63,513 nt of DNA, filler included, from Octopus bimaculoides (GCF_001194135.2; 9 parts of 8 records of this genome joined end to end with filler, not necessarily neighbours in it), one strand, 5' to 3'. Positions 24,925 to 38,880 are shown, counted from the first letter of the whole stretch. Notes: generated by a model from the letters alone, not told the origin. Program-made: numbers and translations.

Positions 24925-25930
24925 GCTTGTTCAATGTTTATTCTGGAAGCGCGCCCGTCAGGAGGCTGTCAGGAGGAGGCGAAAAATTTTCAAGTGGCAG
25001 AATATCTTCCCCGAATACAAACATGGAAGGTCACTTAAACGGGATTTGTCCCAAATTAAGCCCCCAAAGTTCACCACCACAACGACCACAAAATCAAAAA
25101 TGTAAAAGAACTAAATGGAACCGGGAAGAATATAAAGAAGTAATATACGCTCATTATTTAGCATTAAGTAGGCCAACCCAAGAGAAACACACCGCAAACT
25201 CCTACAGAATTTGGAGGAGCCAGAATCCAGCTCGCAGACCAAACCTGGATGAAAACAGATTAGCAAACGCTAGAAGAGATATCTTCAGAAATACCAGACT
25301 CACAGATGCAGAATTAACCACTATTTAAAAAGTGGTGGAGAATGACCTAAATTTATATTTAGGAAAGAAATAACAAAGCAGGGGAGAGGAATGTTGGACC
25401 ACAAGCATTGACTGAAAGGCGACCATCTGCCGAAACCACTCAAGAGCCTGAAGAAAGAGGAAAATATAATGACCTTAGAAAAAACAGCCAGGAAAATGAT
25501 GTCGAAACAGAATTTAAAGACCACATATTTGCTGAACAACAAAGAAAATCTATCATTGAAATGAAGCAGGAAGTTCTGAATGAGCTTGCATTTGTAGGGC
25601 ATACAAACATGAATGATAGGGAACCACTCCATAAACTCTCAAATGCACACCAACATAAAAGACACAAATCGACGTGGGAATAGTAGAAGATCTTTGAGTG
25701 GGATGGGCTACTCAACCTGAAGAAAATTCTAACTGGGCCCCACCTGCAAGGTCATTCGCTGTTTATCTTGATATAAAATCACTATGTCGCGCACTTATGG
25801 TTGTGATGCATGTGCCTGGTGTATCCTTAACAGACAGGTAGTCATGATGGGTATACTGGGCTTCGCATATTTTACCCCAGTGTCACTTTGATGGCTTGCA
25901 CTGCTCTCTCACTCAATAATAATAATGATG
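24925..25930 (+). mobile_element. R4/Dong LINE 5' ORF segment joined to a putative 3' tail (RT and RLE absent)
   Basis: KRTKWNREEYKEVIYAHYLA...RRPNLDENRLANARRDIFRNTRLTDAELTTI resembles the R4-type N-terminal domain. Coding-like sequence continues to ~25683, followed by ~230 bp of non-coding sequence ending in (TAA)/(TGA)n. Confidence 0.6.
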
Positions 25931-28111
25931 ATGATGATGATGACGATATATGAGCTAAAATTAACAATATGCAACATGTGAAGATGCTGTTACGAAAACA
26001 ACATTTGTGAACGGTTACAATTTGTGTCAATATTGATGTCTAAAAAGTATAAGCTTTTCTTCTTAAAACGTGTGTAGATTGTAATATAAAGAAATATAAA
26101 ATATAGTGATAAAAAGAATATTATGTAGGGACACTCATGTCAAAATTTCTTTAAGTCTGTATGATATTAACATAATGTCGCAGGTGATATGCTCAATTGC
26201 ATTAATGGCATTAATATATGTGTTACATTATTTCTTCTTAGCCCCATAGAAATCTTAAATCATGCAGTTTGTGTGTTCTTTGGCGTAAACGTTTTGGGTA
26301 TTACTATTGCATAAAAAAACATTTTGAATGAGGCGAGTAGGCTTTATATAGAAGAAGAATGTTTATGGCAAAGCGTTCAGAAGGGTGCCTGATATACCAG
26401 CCATTAACATTTTAGCCATGGTCGATTCATAAATCTTAAAATGTGTTTGCCACTCCATCTTCAAATAATATTCAATCAAATGGGTTATATACAAACGAAC
26501 ACACATACATATACACAGATATACATGCATATGCAAACACCCACACTCATAGCAAACACACAAACACACGTACATTTGTATATGAGTGTATGTGTGTATG
26601 TGTATATGTGCATGTATCTGTATGTCTGTACGTGAGTTGCTTCAGTGTATTTGTGAACACTTACGGGTAAACAGGGTGATAAGAGAATAATCAACAGTGA
26701 AAGCTGTGTCATATAGTTTATTAGAAGCTGAAGCCTAAAATTTCTCGCTGCCTATCTGCGAGTGATTTTCGAAATGTAGTATATAATAGGCGTACAGGAA
26801 CAATATTTTAATATTATAAACAAATGATTGGGAGATATAGAATCTAGTTGGGTAACAATAAGACCATTGCTTAGAGCATACAGATGAATTACACAATGCA
26901 AATATGCTTAAATGTCTAAAGGAAAGATAGATTTCTTTATGCAAAAATACAAACGGCTGACTTAGCAAAGGAAGAAAAACTTGTAGACGCCCACATATCC
27001 ATTTACATTTTAAAATTTCTCCAGCAACAATAATGCAAAAATAGAAGATTTTTCTATTTTAAACAAAGAATTATCGTATGATATAAAACGGCTACAATTT
27101 AAAAGCATGCACTTATTGCTTATTCTTTTCCCTATGAATCGCTGATATCATAAATCATTTAATAAAAATCCAATTAACGGAGGCTGTTGATATTTCTAGA
27201 GCTTCGTAAGGTCAACTATCCACAGTAATTCCGAGAAATCTCTCTAATGTCATTAATATTGTCTTCATCTATTATTGGATTGTTCGGCGTAAATGTCCCA
27301 TGAACAGTTGTTATAATATATAGTGACTTCCCAACAAAATAGTTTAAATTATATCGATCCATCTGATGAATTTTGTATTCAAATAATCAGCTACTTAAAC
27401 TGCAGAAAAAGACCATGCATAGAAAAAAGTTTATTTCTCATAGTAATATTCTACAAATACTTATTCTAGTGAGGACGTCTTTAGTCTTTATTGAGAACAT
27501 GAACAACTCAAAACGATTAGTCATGAAGTGAGTAAACGATATTTTAATGTTTACTGGAATGTAACATTTGTAAATCACGTAGAGAAGGTGGCGGTGCCTG
27601 TAGCAGATGAGATGCAAAACTATGCATAAAATGACGGATTGTGTTCTGATAGATTACAAGAAAGTATGAGATTAATTTCGATGTTCAGCAAGACATACCT
27701 GTGTTTGCTGACTAAACAAGATGAAAATAAACGAAATGCATGTAAATAATTATATAACATATTAGATTATATCTCAAAATATTGTGTTTGTTATAAATTC
27801 TATTAAACTTCATATGCGCACACCAATACGTTTACATGCTCACACACACACACACACATTTTATATATACACTAATTCATTATGTAAAAGGAAAATATTA
27901 CAGTTGATAACGTATCAGCTACTATACCCTAAACAAATGTCTCATTATGGCCTGTTCCATTTCAAGTGCTATAAATTTGAGCTACCCACGTATTGCTCAC
28001 TTCAGCTTATGATGATATTTCTAACCAAATACCAAAACAATGAAGGATTATTGTAATTTGACATGTCCATACTCAGTATATTTGAAATAATCCACAGGGA
28101 TTTCTTTAGAA

Positions 28112-28194
<83 letters not shown>

Positions 28195-28897
28195 CAGGGT
28201 GGTCCGAAAGTCTTGTTACTCCTTTACCAAAAAGTAATGAGAACAATAGAAGAACAATTAATGCGGTAATCCTAAGCACGAATTGGATTTAGTTGATTGC
28301 ATTTCATTGACGCTGTCACACATCGAGAAGATATGTATTGACACCATCATTTTCGTGGCACAAAATGATGCGGCGCCATGTCCTGTGTGATATCTTTCGA
28401 AGCTGTGTTTTGGTGATTGTTACAAAGTCTCTCCGAACGGTGTCCTTCAACTGATGGGTATTCTGGTATCGTTCATGAGAAACTCTCTCCTTGATAATAT
28501 CCAACAGAGCGTTAGCGCAAGACGTGACTTCTGGGAGCGAATCAACAAGTGCTGGAGTTGTTGCCTATCCTCGCCCGATCCATCTATCCTGAAAAACTTC
28601 ATTTAGTTATTCCCGGACAGTGATAGCACAGTGGGGTGGGGCACTATCTTGTTGAAGCAAACAATCCTTGAGGTCACCATTCAACCTCTGGAGCTGTTGA
28701 ACAAACCACTCCCTTAACATGGCCAAGTAAGATTGCTGGTTAACAGTGCCCTCAAAGAAATAGTGTCCTATTAGTTGCTTACTCGATATGGCGACCCTAG
28801 TCATTACATTTGGGGAGTTGTGCTAAAATAAGAATAATGATAATAATGACAATAATAAACAATATGTAAGGAGTAATAAGACTTTCAGACCACCCTG
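28195..28897 (-). mobile_element. Internally deleted Tc1/mariner element (DDD/maT-like) with intact TIRs
   Basis: TIRs cagggtggtccgaaagtcttgttactcctt and (reverse complement) cagggtggtctgaaagtcttattactcctt, with TA TSD. Remnant transposase: HYFFEGTVNQQSYLAMLREWF...LLQQDSAPPH...DRWIGRG...IIKERV...RRIILCHENDG. Confidence 0.9.
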
Positions 28898-30314
28898 TAC
28901 GTATATACATTTACATATATATATATATCAATGTGTGTTTATACATGTATTAGATATCCATATATTTATTCTGTTGACGTTGTATGCATTTCTTTGATTG
29001 TATCCATAAAACAAATGCATATTTTTTTAGTAATGTAATTGTGCTCACATCTTCTGAACAAAATTTATGCTGTTATTATATGTTGCTGACACATTTTACA
29101 TAATGTTTTGGAAATAAAATTTGGAAATTCAATTACAAGAAATATTTACGAACTCTTACTTATTAAAATGTCGAGTAGTAACTTATTTTATAATATTCCT
29201 TAAATGATTGAGGATGAATATAATAGCATCGAAAAATTGCTATTTTTACGAGAGAATTTATGGTAAACATAAATAAAAATTGTTGGATTGTGTTATGATC
29301 ATATTCGCCGCCGAAATCATTTCCAAAACTGATTGAGACAGACATTTTGTATTTAATTAGAAATTTTAAGAATTATTATCGTTTCTATGTGAATATTATT
29401 TCACTATACTTATAAACTAATTGCCGTGTTGCGTAATAAGAGAAACTTATTTTGATTTGGAAGGGAAAAAATACGCAGAGTTAATGTTAGATTCGTGTGC
29501 AATTAATCGAATTATATTAGCCTCTTCTGTCCAATCATCTGTAAATTACTTTTAATCCTATAACTGTCAAAGCAAAGCAAAATATTACGAAATGAATTCT
29601 TCCAAGGAAAAAGAGATACATTTAATAATATTTTTTAATCATTGCTCTTAATGGACTTGAAATTACTTGTTGCCATGTTGATGATTTCCCCAAACAGTTA
29701 TAAAACTATGAAACAATTCCTTGCTCGCATTGTTTAACTTTTTCGTTGTACTTCAGAATTAATTTTCTTTTAAAATACATTTTATGAATTTGGTATTTTG
29801 GAATATTTTATATAATGGAATGTTGTTGTTTTTGTTGGTTTTTTCCTGTTGTTTTTGAATGCTATAACTCCTACTCGTGTGATTTGCATGAAATGATTTA
29901 ATGAAGACATAATCAAATAGATTTCTTGAAATGCTACGAAATGTTATCATCCGAATAAAACATGATTTAAATAAAATTATGAAATAAAATGATACTCTAC
30001 AGATATTAGAAAAAAAGATATAATCTCAGCTCCTACTTTGTAACAAAGTATAATAATAGTTTCAATCTATAAGATAGAAAATAAAATATATACAGAATTT
30101 ATGACAACTAAAAAAAATATGCGCATGTAAGTAATTCATAATATTTAATTTCAAAAAATTATATGTGACTGACGTAAAAGACTAAGAAGAAATCATAATT
30201 TAATACTGTTCTTAAGCAAGTTTTCTTAGTATTTTTTTACGTTTGGAATAAAAATATTAGTAATTGTATTAAAAAATATTCAATTCATCATAAACACTAA
30301 AACATTTCTTTAAA

Positions 30315-30720
30315 ATGCTACTGTGTGATAAGAAACTTGCTTCCCAACGTCAAGAGCGCGAGATCAATCCCACTGCGTGAAACCTTAGGCAAGTACTTTT
30401 TACTATAGTCTCGAGCCAACCAGAATCTTGTGAGTGGATTTGGTACACGGAAACTGAAGCGAATCCATCGTGTATATATATATATGTATATATAAGTGTG
30501 AATGTGTGTGTGCATGTATGTGTGTTTCTGTGTTTGTGTGTGTATGTGTTTGTGTTTGTATTTGTCTATTTGTCTGCGCTTAACAACCATAACTTAGCGG
30601 TTTGCCACAAGCGACCGATAGAAAATGTACCAGGTTTTAAAAGAAAAGAAATAAGTACTGGGGGCGACACATTCAACGAAACATTCTTCAAAGCAGTGCC
30701 CCACCATGGCCGTAGATAGA
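30315..30720 (+). mobile_element. SINE type A (diverged, near full length)
   Basis: ctgtgtgataagaaacttgcttcc...gtgagtggatttggtacacggaaactgaagc...gcagtgccccaccatggccg. Confidence 0.8.
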
Positions 30721-30809
30721 ACATATGAGTTATCTCTATCTCACCTCGTATACTGTTGGCAATCAATTGAAAACAGACTTATGGAACTAGAGTTGAAACA
30801 ATATGAAAT

Positions 30810-31260
30810 TATTTCAGTATATGAAGTTGAAAATGGAAGGCTCTGACGGGAAATGGATTCGTTGAGAATGTTGTAGAAATGCTCAACCGACAATTGAGGC
30901 TGTTCGTCACCGGTGAAAAGAATTCATCCATCTTTACTCTTCATTCACTGACTTCTTTTACCTCATCCATCAGACAGTTCTCTAATAATCTGGTACTGTG
31001 TCTTAGAGTAGTTTTGCTCTGCAGCCATTTACACCTCTGTAAGTTTATCATTTAATCAGGCTGGTTTGTCCCTTCGACAGTACTTCTTCAAATTTTTGTC
31101 TGTATTTTTCACATCGCTTCTTTCTATGCCTGCAGCAGTCTGACCCGATCTCGTTTTTCATTTTGTCTTTGTTTCTTGCGTCGATGAGATCCAAAGAGGA
31201 CTTCTGCCAAAGATGACCATTGCATAGAATATTTAACAATCTGGTAGAACAGCTGCCACA
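30810..31260 (-). mobile_element. RTE-clade LINE relic (APE-RT linker)
   Basis: LWQKSSLDLIDARNKDKMK...; KDG*ILFTGDEQPQLSVEHFYNILNE matches the RTE motif KDG.IL....QL.RW.EHF..LLN. Confidence 0.55.
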
Positions 31261-31985
31261 AGGAAACCAGACGCTACGTCGTTTGTAAACCTTCACATAT
31301 ATGTACCCGTCTTTGTGGCACGTGAAGAGGGAAAAAGTGAGGGAGAAAAAGTGAACTGACATCTCTATATTTAAAAGTAACAATTACTTACAGATTCCTA
31401 AGGTGGTGCTCCAGCATGGCCGCAATCAAATGATTGAAAGAAGTAAAAAATAAAAGAATAAAAAATATACGTTGCGTCATTTTAACAAAAATCCTAAATA
31501 TTGTGATGAAACCAGATTAATGGATAAATAATGATGACCTTCCTATTATGTTGCATTTCTTAAAGAATATTTTCATCGTGCATTATTGGGAAGAACAAAC
31601 TAAACAGACTTCAAATAGGAATCTTTAAATTAATTTATAAATTTGTACTTACCCATTAAATATATACATTCATTGACATGAAAACTATTGAATTTCAAAT
31701 TGTACCATGTTATGTTATCACGAATTTAATAACGTTCTTTCAAGTTACGATCCAAATCAGAATTAAAATATTTTGAGTTCATATTTACAGCATTCAACTT
31801 ATTTTGTTTACCGGTCAAAATATGGCGAATATTCGGATTCGGAGTATAAGATAAATAAGTGAATGATATATATATCAATAATGTTCCATTCACATGAGAA
31901 ACAAATATATCCAAATATATATATATTTGATAATATCTTGTCTTGCACAGATAATTCTCATGCAAGTATCAACTCTTAAGAAATA

Positions 31986-32022
<37 letters not shown>

Positions 32023-32204
32023 TCCCGTGGTTCAATAAGTAAATGTATTTTTGAAATATTGCATTAGTTATTTCGCTATAATTGATCACATATCTTTGAG
32101 GTAAGATTTATTTATCCAAAATTCAATGGGAAAAGTTAAGTCAAAATTGTCTTAAATGTATTTCGAGAGTAATTGAAAGGAAGCTCTTCCAATAAGTACA
32201 TTTT

Positions 32205-32422
32205 CTTTCCTCCTCCCCCTCCCCCTCCTCCTCCTCCTCCTCCTCCACTTCCTCCTCTTCCTCCTCTTTCTCCACCTCCTCTTCCTCCACCTCCTCTTCC
32301 TCCTCCTCNNNNNNNNNNNNNNNNNNNNNNNNNCTCCTATTTCTCCTCCTCCTCCTCCTTCTCCTCCTTCTCCTCCTTCTCCTCCTCCTCCTTCTCCTCC
32401 TCCGCCACCTTCTTCATAATCG

Positions 32423-32457
<35 letters not shown>

Positions 32458-32830
32458 TTCATCATCATCACCATTATCATCATCATCATCGTTCATCATC
32501 ATCAGTCCTCCTCCTCCCCTTCTTCTTCTTCTTCTTCTTCTTCTTCTTCTTCTTCTTCTTCTTCTTCTTCTTCTTCTTCTTCTTCTTCTTCTTCTTCTTC
32601 TTCTTCTTCTTCTTCCCCTCCATTAAATGTAGTTTCTAGACTTGCCACTTAAATTATGCGTATTTTAAATTAATAATATTGCATTTAGTGTACAAATGGA
32701 ATTCCTCGTAATTTAATTGAATATTGACACAAACTATATACTTCTGGGAATTCCTACATAACTGGCATCTATAATAATAATAATAATAATAATGATAACA
32801 ATGACAATAACAACAACAACAACAATAACG

Positions 32831-32863
<33 letters not shown>

Positions 32864-32878
32864 GTAATAATAATGATG

Positions 32879-32909
<31 letters not shown>

Positions 32910-32923
32910 TAATAATAATAACA

Positions 32924-32972
<49 letters not shown>

Positions 32973-33257
32973 TGATGATGATGATGATGATGATAATAAT
33001 ACTTTTATAAATACATAGAAATTAGTATATTATAAACGGTGAGGCAATTTGTTTTTAACTTTATTCTATTGTCATTGATTCGATATGATGAGTATGAAGA
33101 TCGCATTGCACTTTCCCTTATCAAGTCTATTTAACACATAGAGGGGCCTTCATTGCGTGTGTTGGGGGTGGGTTATGGTGTAACTGTTTAAACCAGCTCT
33201 GGTTGGGGTCAATTGTGATGGCAATGCTGATTATGCTTTTAATGATATTGCAAGCGT

Positions 33258-33295
<38 letters not shown>

Positions 33296-33344
33296 CAGCC
33301 GTTGCTACTGATGATAATAATAATGATGATGATGATGATCACGT

Positions 33345-33392
<48 letters not shown>

Positions 33393-33400
33393 CTTTCATG
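32205..33400. repeat. Compound trinucleotide microsatellite cluster: (CCT)n, (ATC)n, (TTC)n, (TAA)n, (TGA)n
   Basis: Directly visible in the sequence. Confidence 0.95.
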
Positions 33401-33491
33401 ATAATTGAAGTAGAACTGAGTCAATAGGATTGCATAACCTATACTTGCGGCAGAGTTAGACACCGTTTGGTGTCCTTATATTTCCTTATAG

Positions 33492-33874
33492 TGGAGGCGC
33501 AATGGCCCAGCGGTTAGGGGCAGCGGACTCGCGGTCATAGGATCGCGGTTTCGATTCCCAGACCGGGCGTTGTGAGCGTTTATTGAGCGAAAACACTTAA
33601 AGCTCCACGAGGCTCCGGCAGAGGACGGTGGCGAACCTTGCTGTACTCTTTCACCACAACTTTCTCTCCCTCTTACTTCCTGTTTCTGTTGTGCCTGTAA
33701 TTCAAAGGGTCAGCCTTGTCACACTGTGTGTCACGCTGAATACCCCTGAGAACTACGTTGAGGGTACACGTGTCTGTGGAGTGCTCAGCCACTTGCACGT
33801 TAATTTCACGAGCAGGCTGTGCCGTTGATCGGATCAACTGGAACCCTCGACGTCGTAAGCGACGGAGTGCCAAC
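33492..33874 (+). mobile_element. Full-length young SINE type C with a perfect 12-bp TSD
   Basis: A-box tggcccagcgg and B-box gtttcgattcc. TSD atttccttatag at 33480-33491 and 33875-33886. Confidence 0.92.
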
Positions 33875-34550
33875 ATTTCCTTATAGGGTACTGATTGTTT
33901 GTGTCTTATTTGTAAGTAGTGAAGTGAAGGGTCGTAGTGCTGTGTATCGTTCTTCATCTACATATTCACTGATGCCGTACTCTCTGTTATTTGCAGTGCG
34001 TGCAGTGAATGGAATAAAGTCACAGCGTCGCATTGATTTACTGCTAATATTTCATCTCTCCGCGTCAGGGAATCGTCCATAATTTGAAAGAAAAAGTCCA
34101 ATAAACTTTGTATCTGCAAGCTGCTACATGTTTGTTTTCATATAAAAATAAATTGATCGTTTAAATTTTGATTTAATACAAGCGATAATTGCTGTAATTT
34201 ATGAATGGTATTAAGCAAGTAAATATGTATCTTTAAGTACATGAGTAAAAATAAATTAAACGTTTTAATTTAGGAAGCTTTATTAGTGGTACAGATGCTT
34301 TTAATAGACCTGCATCCACACACAAATATTCCCTAGAAAAACTATTTCAAATTTCATATAATTTTAGCAATATGTTAAAATGGAAAAATTTTTCCTCCTA
34401 TAGATAACAGTATATAACATTAAAGAAAGCTTTAAGTCTAATAGGTTTCAAATCAATGTGCGTATCACTTATAGTCTCACTATTTGTCGTTTCAGCCATG
34501 CTAATTCTTTTCGCAACCAGTTATTAAGCAATTCTACATTTCGCTCAGCG

Positions 34551-34655
<105 letters not shown>

Positions 34656-35001
34656 GTGTGTATGCATACATATATATATATATATAGGGGTGAGGCATCA
34701 GAGCAGTTCTATCAATCCTCACTATTTCTGTCTTTCTTTCTTACTCTCCAAACCTATCAATGATTTAGGAGTTGCCTGGCAACGAAAACCAGGTGCCAAC
34801 TGCTATTATTACAAACATACAAGCTTCCTTTGAAACAGTATTCATAATTTCTACCTCCTGCATGCTTCTGAATATTCGAATTCCTTTAACTTGAGATGAA
34901 ATATAATTGAGCGATTTTTCATAAGTACATATATTTCTACGATTGTAGAATCTATTAACGAAAATTATACTTGCATATGTACATGCACACATACATGCAT
35001 G

Positions 35002-35061
<60 letters not shown>

Positions 35062-35430
35062 AAAACAAATAGTAAGTGAGTATATGCATATATACGTACA
35101 GGTATGTGCATACCGACATCCACCTGTATGTATAGGTGCATATCTGGGTACAGGACATTGCAAACAAACGTAGACGAGAACACACGAGCCACATAGAGAA
35201 CATTCTCCTTCATCAGCCACCCACGTTTTAACACCGGCGTTTCGACGAGCTTGGGCAGGACGCATCGCTAAAACGGCTCGTCCCATGGATCGCAGATTAA
35301 ATTTGTATACGCAAATTAAATCTAGCCATGNNNNNNNNNNNNNNNNNNNNNNNNNNNNNNNNNNNNNNNNNNNNTTAATTAATTAANNNNNNNNNNNNNN
35401 NNNNNNNNNNNNNNNNNNNNNNNNNNNNNN

Positions 35431-35474
<44 letters not shown>

Positions 35475-35499
35475 GCACACAGATGTAGATATATATATA

Positions 35500-35660
35500 C
35501 GATGGGCTTCTTTCAGTTTTCGTCTACCAAAACCACTCACAATGCTTTGGTCGGCCTGAGGCTATAGTAGAAAACACCTGCCCAATGTATCACATAGTGA
35601 GATTGAGCCCAGAGCCATGTGGTTAGGAAGCAAGCTTCTTATTGCACAGTCACACCTGCG
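35500..35660 (-). mobile_element. SINE type A, 5' half
   Basis: gggcttctttcagttttcgtctaccaaaaccactcac...ccatgtggttaggaagcaagcttcttattgcacagtcacacctgcg. Confidence 0.8.
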
Positions 35661-35879
35661 TCTAATTTTTACTGCTATTATCTTTATCATTAAGACAGAA
35701 TTGATAGAGTATCATAAAATTCAGAAGAAAATTTTGAAAAAATTACTATCATAATTTTGTTGTTGAAATTGTTATTTCATATAGAATTGGGGATGTATCC
35801 GGTTAACTTATGTTTCTTATCGAAACATTGTCTAGGATGAAGAAAATTTTACGCCCTCTTTCAACAGTGTTTTCCTGTT

Positions 35880-36560
35880 CTTCAAAATTGTTTTTACTTT
35901 TTATCGAAATTTTCCAGATGATTCTTGCTGACATATTTGTAAACGTTTTCTGCACTGCTCCTAACTCCTAGAAGCTTGTTCTCAGACCTTTCATCACTAT
36001 TCCGAAAGACCCAATAATAACCAGCCGTCTCATGACCTTGCTTTCTTCTTTGTTCCAGCACTTGTGGATTTCATACTTCCGGTTGGTATAATACTCTACT
36101 TCCTCCTTTTTTCCTTTTCTTTTGCTCTGATGTCAAGTGGGTTTGCTATGTCGCTTACAAGTAAATAGTTTCTTTCTCTTGTCAACGATTTCGATATCTG
36201 GTCCGTTGTATTTTACTCTTCTTTTGGTTTGTGTAAGAAAGTTTCACACCAGCCACGTTTCATCGTTTTCGAGGCTTTGTATTTCTCTTTCCACTTAATC
36301 GTTATTGCTTTTTTTTTGGTGCAAAAGCCAAATTTCCTGCAAAAATTCCGGTGAATTATTACAGCAATCCTATAACATCTACATTTTTGCTTTTCATTTT
36401 GGTGAACTATGGTCTCATCTGAATCATCACCCAGTCTACATTTGAGTGAACAGTGTTGATCCATCGTCTCATAGATTCAATTTAACCCGAAGACCTGTTC
36501 CAGTGTTCGGTATTTTTCTTTAATTTCCCTTTATCTAATCATATATAGCTGCCCAGGTCT
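35880..36560 (-). mobile_element. R4/Dong LINE 3' coding relic (CCHC and RLE)
   Basis: SLKCRLGDDSDETIVH (CCHC-like), YNGPDIEIVDKRKK...SDIANPLD (PD..D) and KYEIHKCWNK...LVIIGSFGIV. Confidence 0.65.
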
Positions 36561-36589
36561 TCTCTTCCTTATCCCTTTTGTTGTTTTGA

Positions 36590-37045
36590 TAAGAGCTGAG
36601 TTTGAGTCAAGACTAAGCATTTTATCGCATCAAATTCATCCTATGGTTGCGGAACTGTTTCCGGAGGAAAACACAATCTTTCAGGATGATAATGCACCAA
36701 TTCGCACAGCTAAAGTTGTTGCTGAATGGCACGAAGAACATTCTAGTGAAGCTGAACGTCTTATCTGGCCACCACAGTCCCCAGATCTCAATATTATTGA
36801 ACATTTAGGGTAAAGTTTAGAAAAACAAGTAAGGAGTCGATATCCTCCATCATCATCACTACAAGAACTGGAGACTGTTTTAGCTGAAGAATGGACAAAA
36901 ATTCCTTTGGAAACAATTCAAACTTTGTACGAGTCCATACCTCGTAGAATTGAAGCTGTAATTACTGCCAAAGGTGGTCCTACCCCATATTAAAATAAAT
37001 TTGTTTGAAATTCTAAGGTGTTTCCATTATTTTGTCCGACCACCG
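36590..37045 (+). mobile_element. Tc1 (DD34E) transposase C-terminal fragment with right TIR
   Basis: IFQDDNAPIRTAKVVAEWH...WPPQSPDLNIIEHLG*SLEKQV...ESIPRRIEAVITAKGGPTPY* (stop 36991-36993). Right end ...ttattttgtccgaccaccg followed by TA. Confidence 0.9.
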
Positions 37046-37619
37046 TATGTATGTGTATGTAAATTTAATATACATAGACACACGCACACGTATTAATTTC
37101 TTTGACTTAGACATGAAAGTTATCGCATAACTTGGAGCCAGTGTAGATAAGTTTGGAGAGGTTGTGGTTGTCATCATTTTCCCAAAGTGCAATCACATTT
37201 GTAAATTTATAAATATAAATCAATTGTATCGACCATGGACCGAAACTTTCGTCTACGTCTCGAATCAGCGTGATCTTGCATCCAGCTCGACTGCATTCAC
37301 TACACCTTTCTGTTACAATACTGTCACTGAAACAGCTGAAAGTAATCGGCACGATACATTACAAGTTGTTCAAACAACCACACAAACAGTTTTTCAATAA
37401 ACGGTTTCCAGGTAGACATCGATTTCCATTAGTATACTATTGGAAATCACTGAATGTCTCGAAATATTGGAGGTATTGAAAGGTGGCAATAGCTTATTGC
37501 GGCAACACAATACGACAAAACAGAAATGATAAGCTTTTACACATACAGAAAGCGTTCATGCATACAAAGAGCACGCCTTCCGCTGTATACATGCGAGCAC
37601 ACAAACATACTTATATGCA

Positions 37620-37682
<63 letters not shown>

Positions 37683-37897
37683 ACATATGTGTGTGTGTGT
37701 GTGTATGTATGTATTTATATACTTACATATATATTTGCATGCAGATGTATATATGTATGTGTTTTTGCCTGTGAGTACAAAATAGATCTAAATTGCCTGA
37801 ATACAAAGAAATGTGAACATCGCTCGAATGTTTGTTGCTCCTAAATCCATTTCTATTTTGTGAGTGCTATACTGTGAAGATACTTCAATCATAGAGT

Positions 37898-37958
<61 letters not shown>

Positions 37959-37999
37959 TAATAATATTAATAATAACAATAATAATGGCTTCAAATTTT

Positions 38000-38125
38000 G
38001 GTACAAGGCCAGCAATTTCGGGGGAGGGGCTAAGGCGATTACATCGACCTAAGAACTTATCTGGTATTTATTTTATCAACCCCTGAAGGATGAAAGGCGC
38101 GGTAACGATTCTGCCAGCTAGCCGC
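38000..38125 (-). mobile_element. SINE type B (deleted copy); another fragment lies at ~38895-38995
   Basis: ggtacaaggccagcaatttcgggggagggg...ctgaaggatgaaaggc...aacgattctgccagctagccgcc. Confidence 0.75.
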
Positions 38126-38126
38126 C

Positions 38127-38193
<67 letters not shown>

Positions 38194-38194
38194 T

Positions 38195-38880
38195 GATGAT
38201 GATGAAACAATAGACCTTCTCGTCTCGGTATACAAATATCGCCACGATAGGGCAGGACAGTATTTACATTGAAAAATATGGAAACACCAGAAAATCAGCA
38301 CTCCTGCTTACTGGTATGAGCATCATCTGAGCTAGTCGTTGAAGTTTAACATACCACTAACCTCTGGTATTTTCCAGTCAACATCGACGGAACGATCCAA
38401 GCTAATCGACTAGACATAGTCATTAAAGACGTAGAAAAAAATACTTGTAGACTAATAGATGTAAGTGTTCCAACTGAAAAAAATATGTCTGTAAAGGAAT
38501 TTCACAAATTATGTAAATATAAGGACCTGGAAATTGAAATACAAAAGATGTGGCATCTTAAAGCGAGAGCTGTTCCTGTTATTGTGTGTGCCCTAGGCAT
38601 GATAAGAAAGGAATGTCAAAAACATCTAGATAATATCCCAGGAGAACTATGTCTCATAGAAATCCAAAAGATTGTGCTGACAAGTACTGCCCACATCCTT
38701 AGAAAAAGCCTATCAATCTAAATGTCTGTGTTGTATCACATGAAGATATTTCGCTACTGCCCCTGCTACTTCCCCTCCCCAAGCTTTCAGTCATACTATA
38801 ACATCTCTTATCCTTCACTCGCCCTAGGACCCTGAGTGTGTCTCAGCGAGTAATTGTAGCAAACATGCAGATTAAGAGTA
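38195..38880 (+). mobile_element. 5'-truncated R4/Dong LINE inserted between (TAA)n arrays
   Basis: ETIDLLVS..YKYRHDRAGQYLH (CCHC end and RHD), ANRLDIVIKD...LIDVSVP (PD..D), KYKDLEIEIQKMWHLKARAVPVIVCALGMIRK...TAHILRKSLSI*. (TAA)n at 38127-38192 and 38880-38900. Confidence 0.85.

Noticed and set aside
32152-33427. Poly-D/G/P/S/I/M ORFs
   Set aside because: They are translations of compound trinucleotide microsatellites.
33492-33570. tRNA-like sequence with A and B boxes
   Set aside because: It continues into a 300-bp SINE body with TSDs and lacks a full cloverleaf; it is a SINE head, not a tRNA gene.
35165-35310. Minus strand has CTGATGA, GAAAC and a 7-bp stem (gacgagc/gctcgtc); one frame reads ECSLCGSC…CLQCP
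   Set aside because: The hammerhead elements are in an order that does not close stem I, and the Cys pattern fits no domain I can name. It lies next to a gap.
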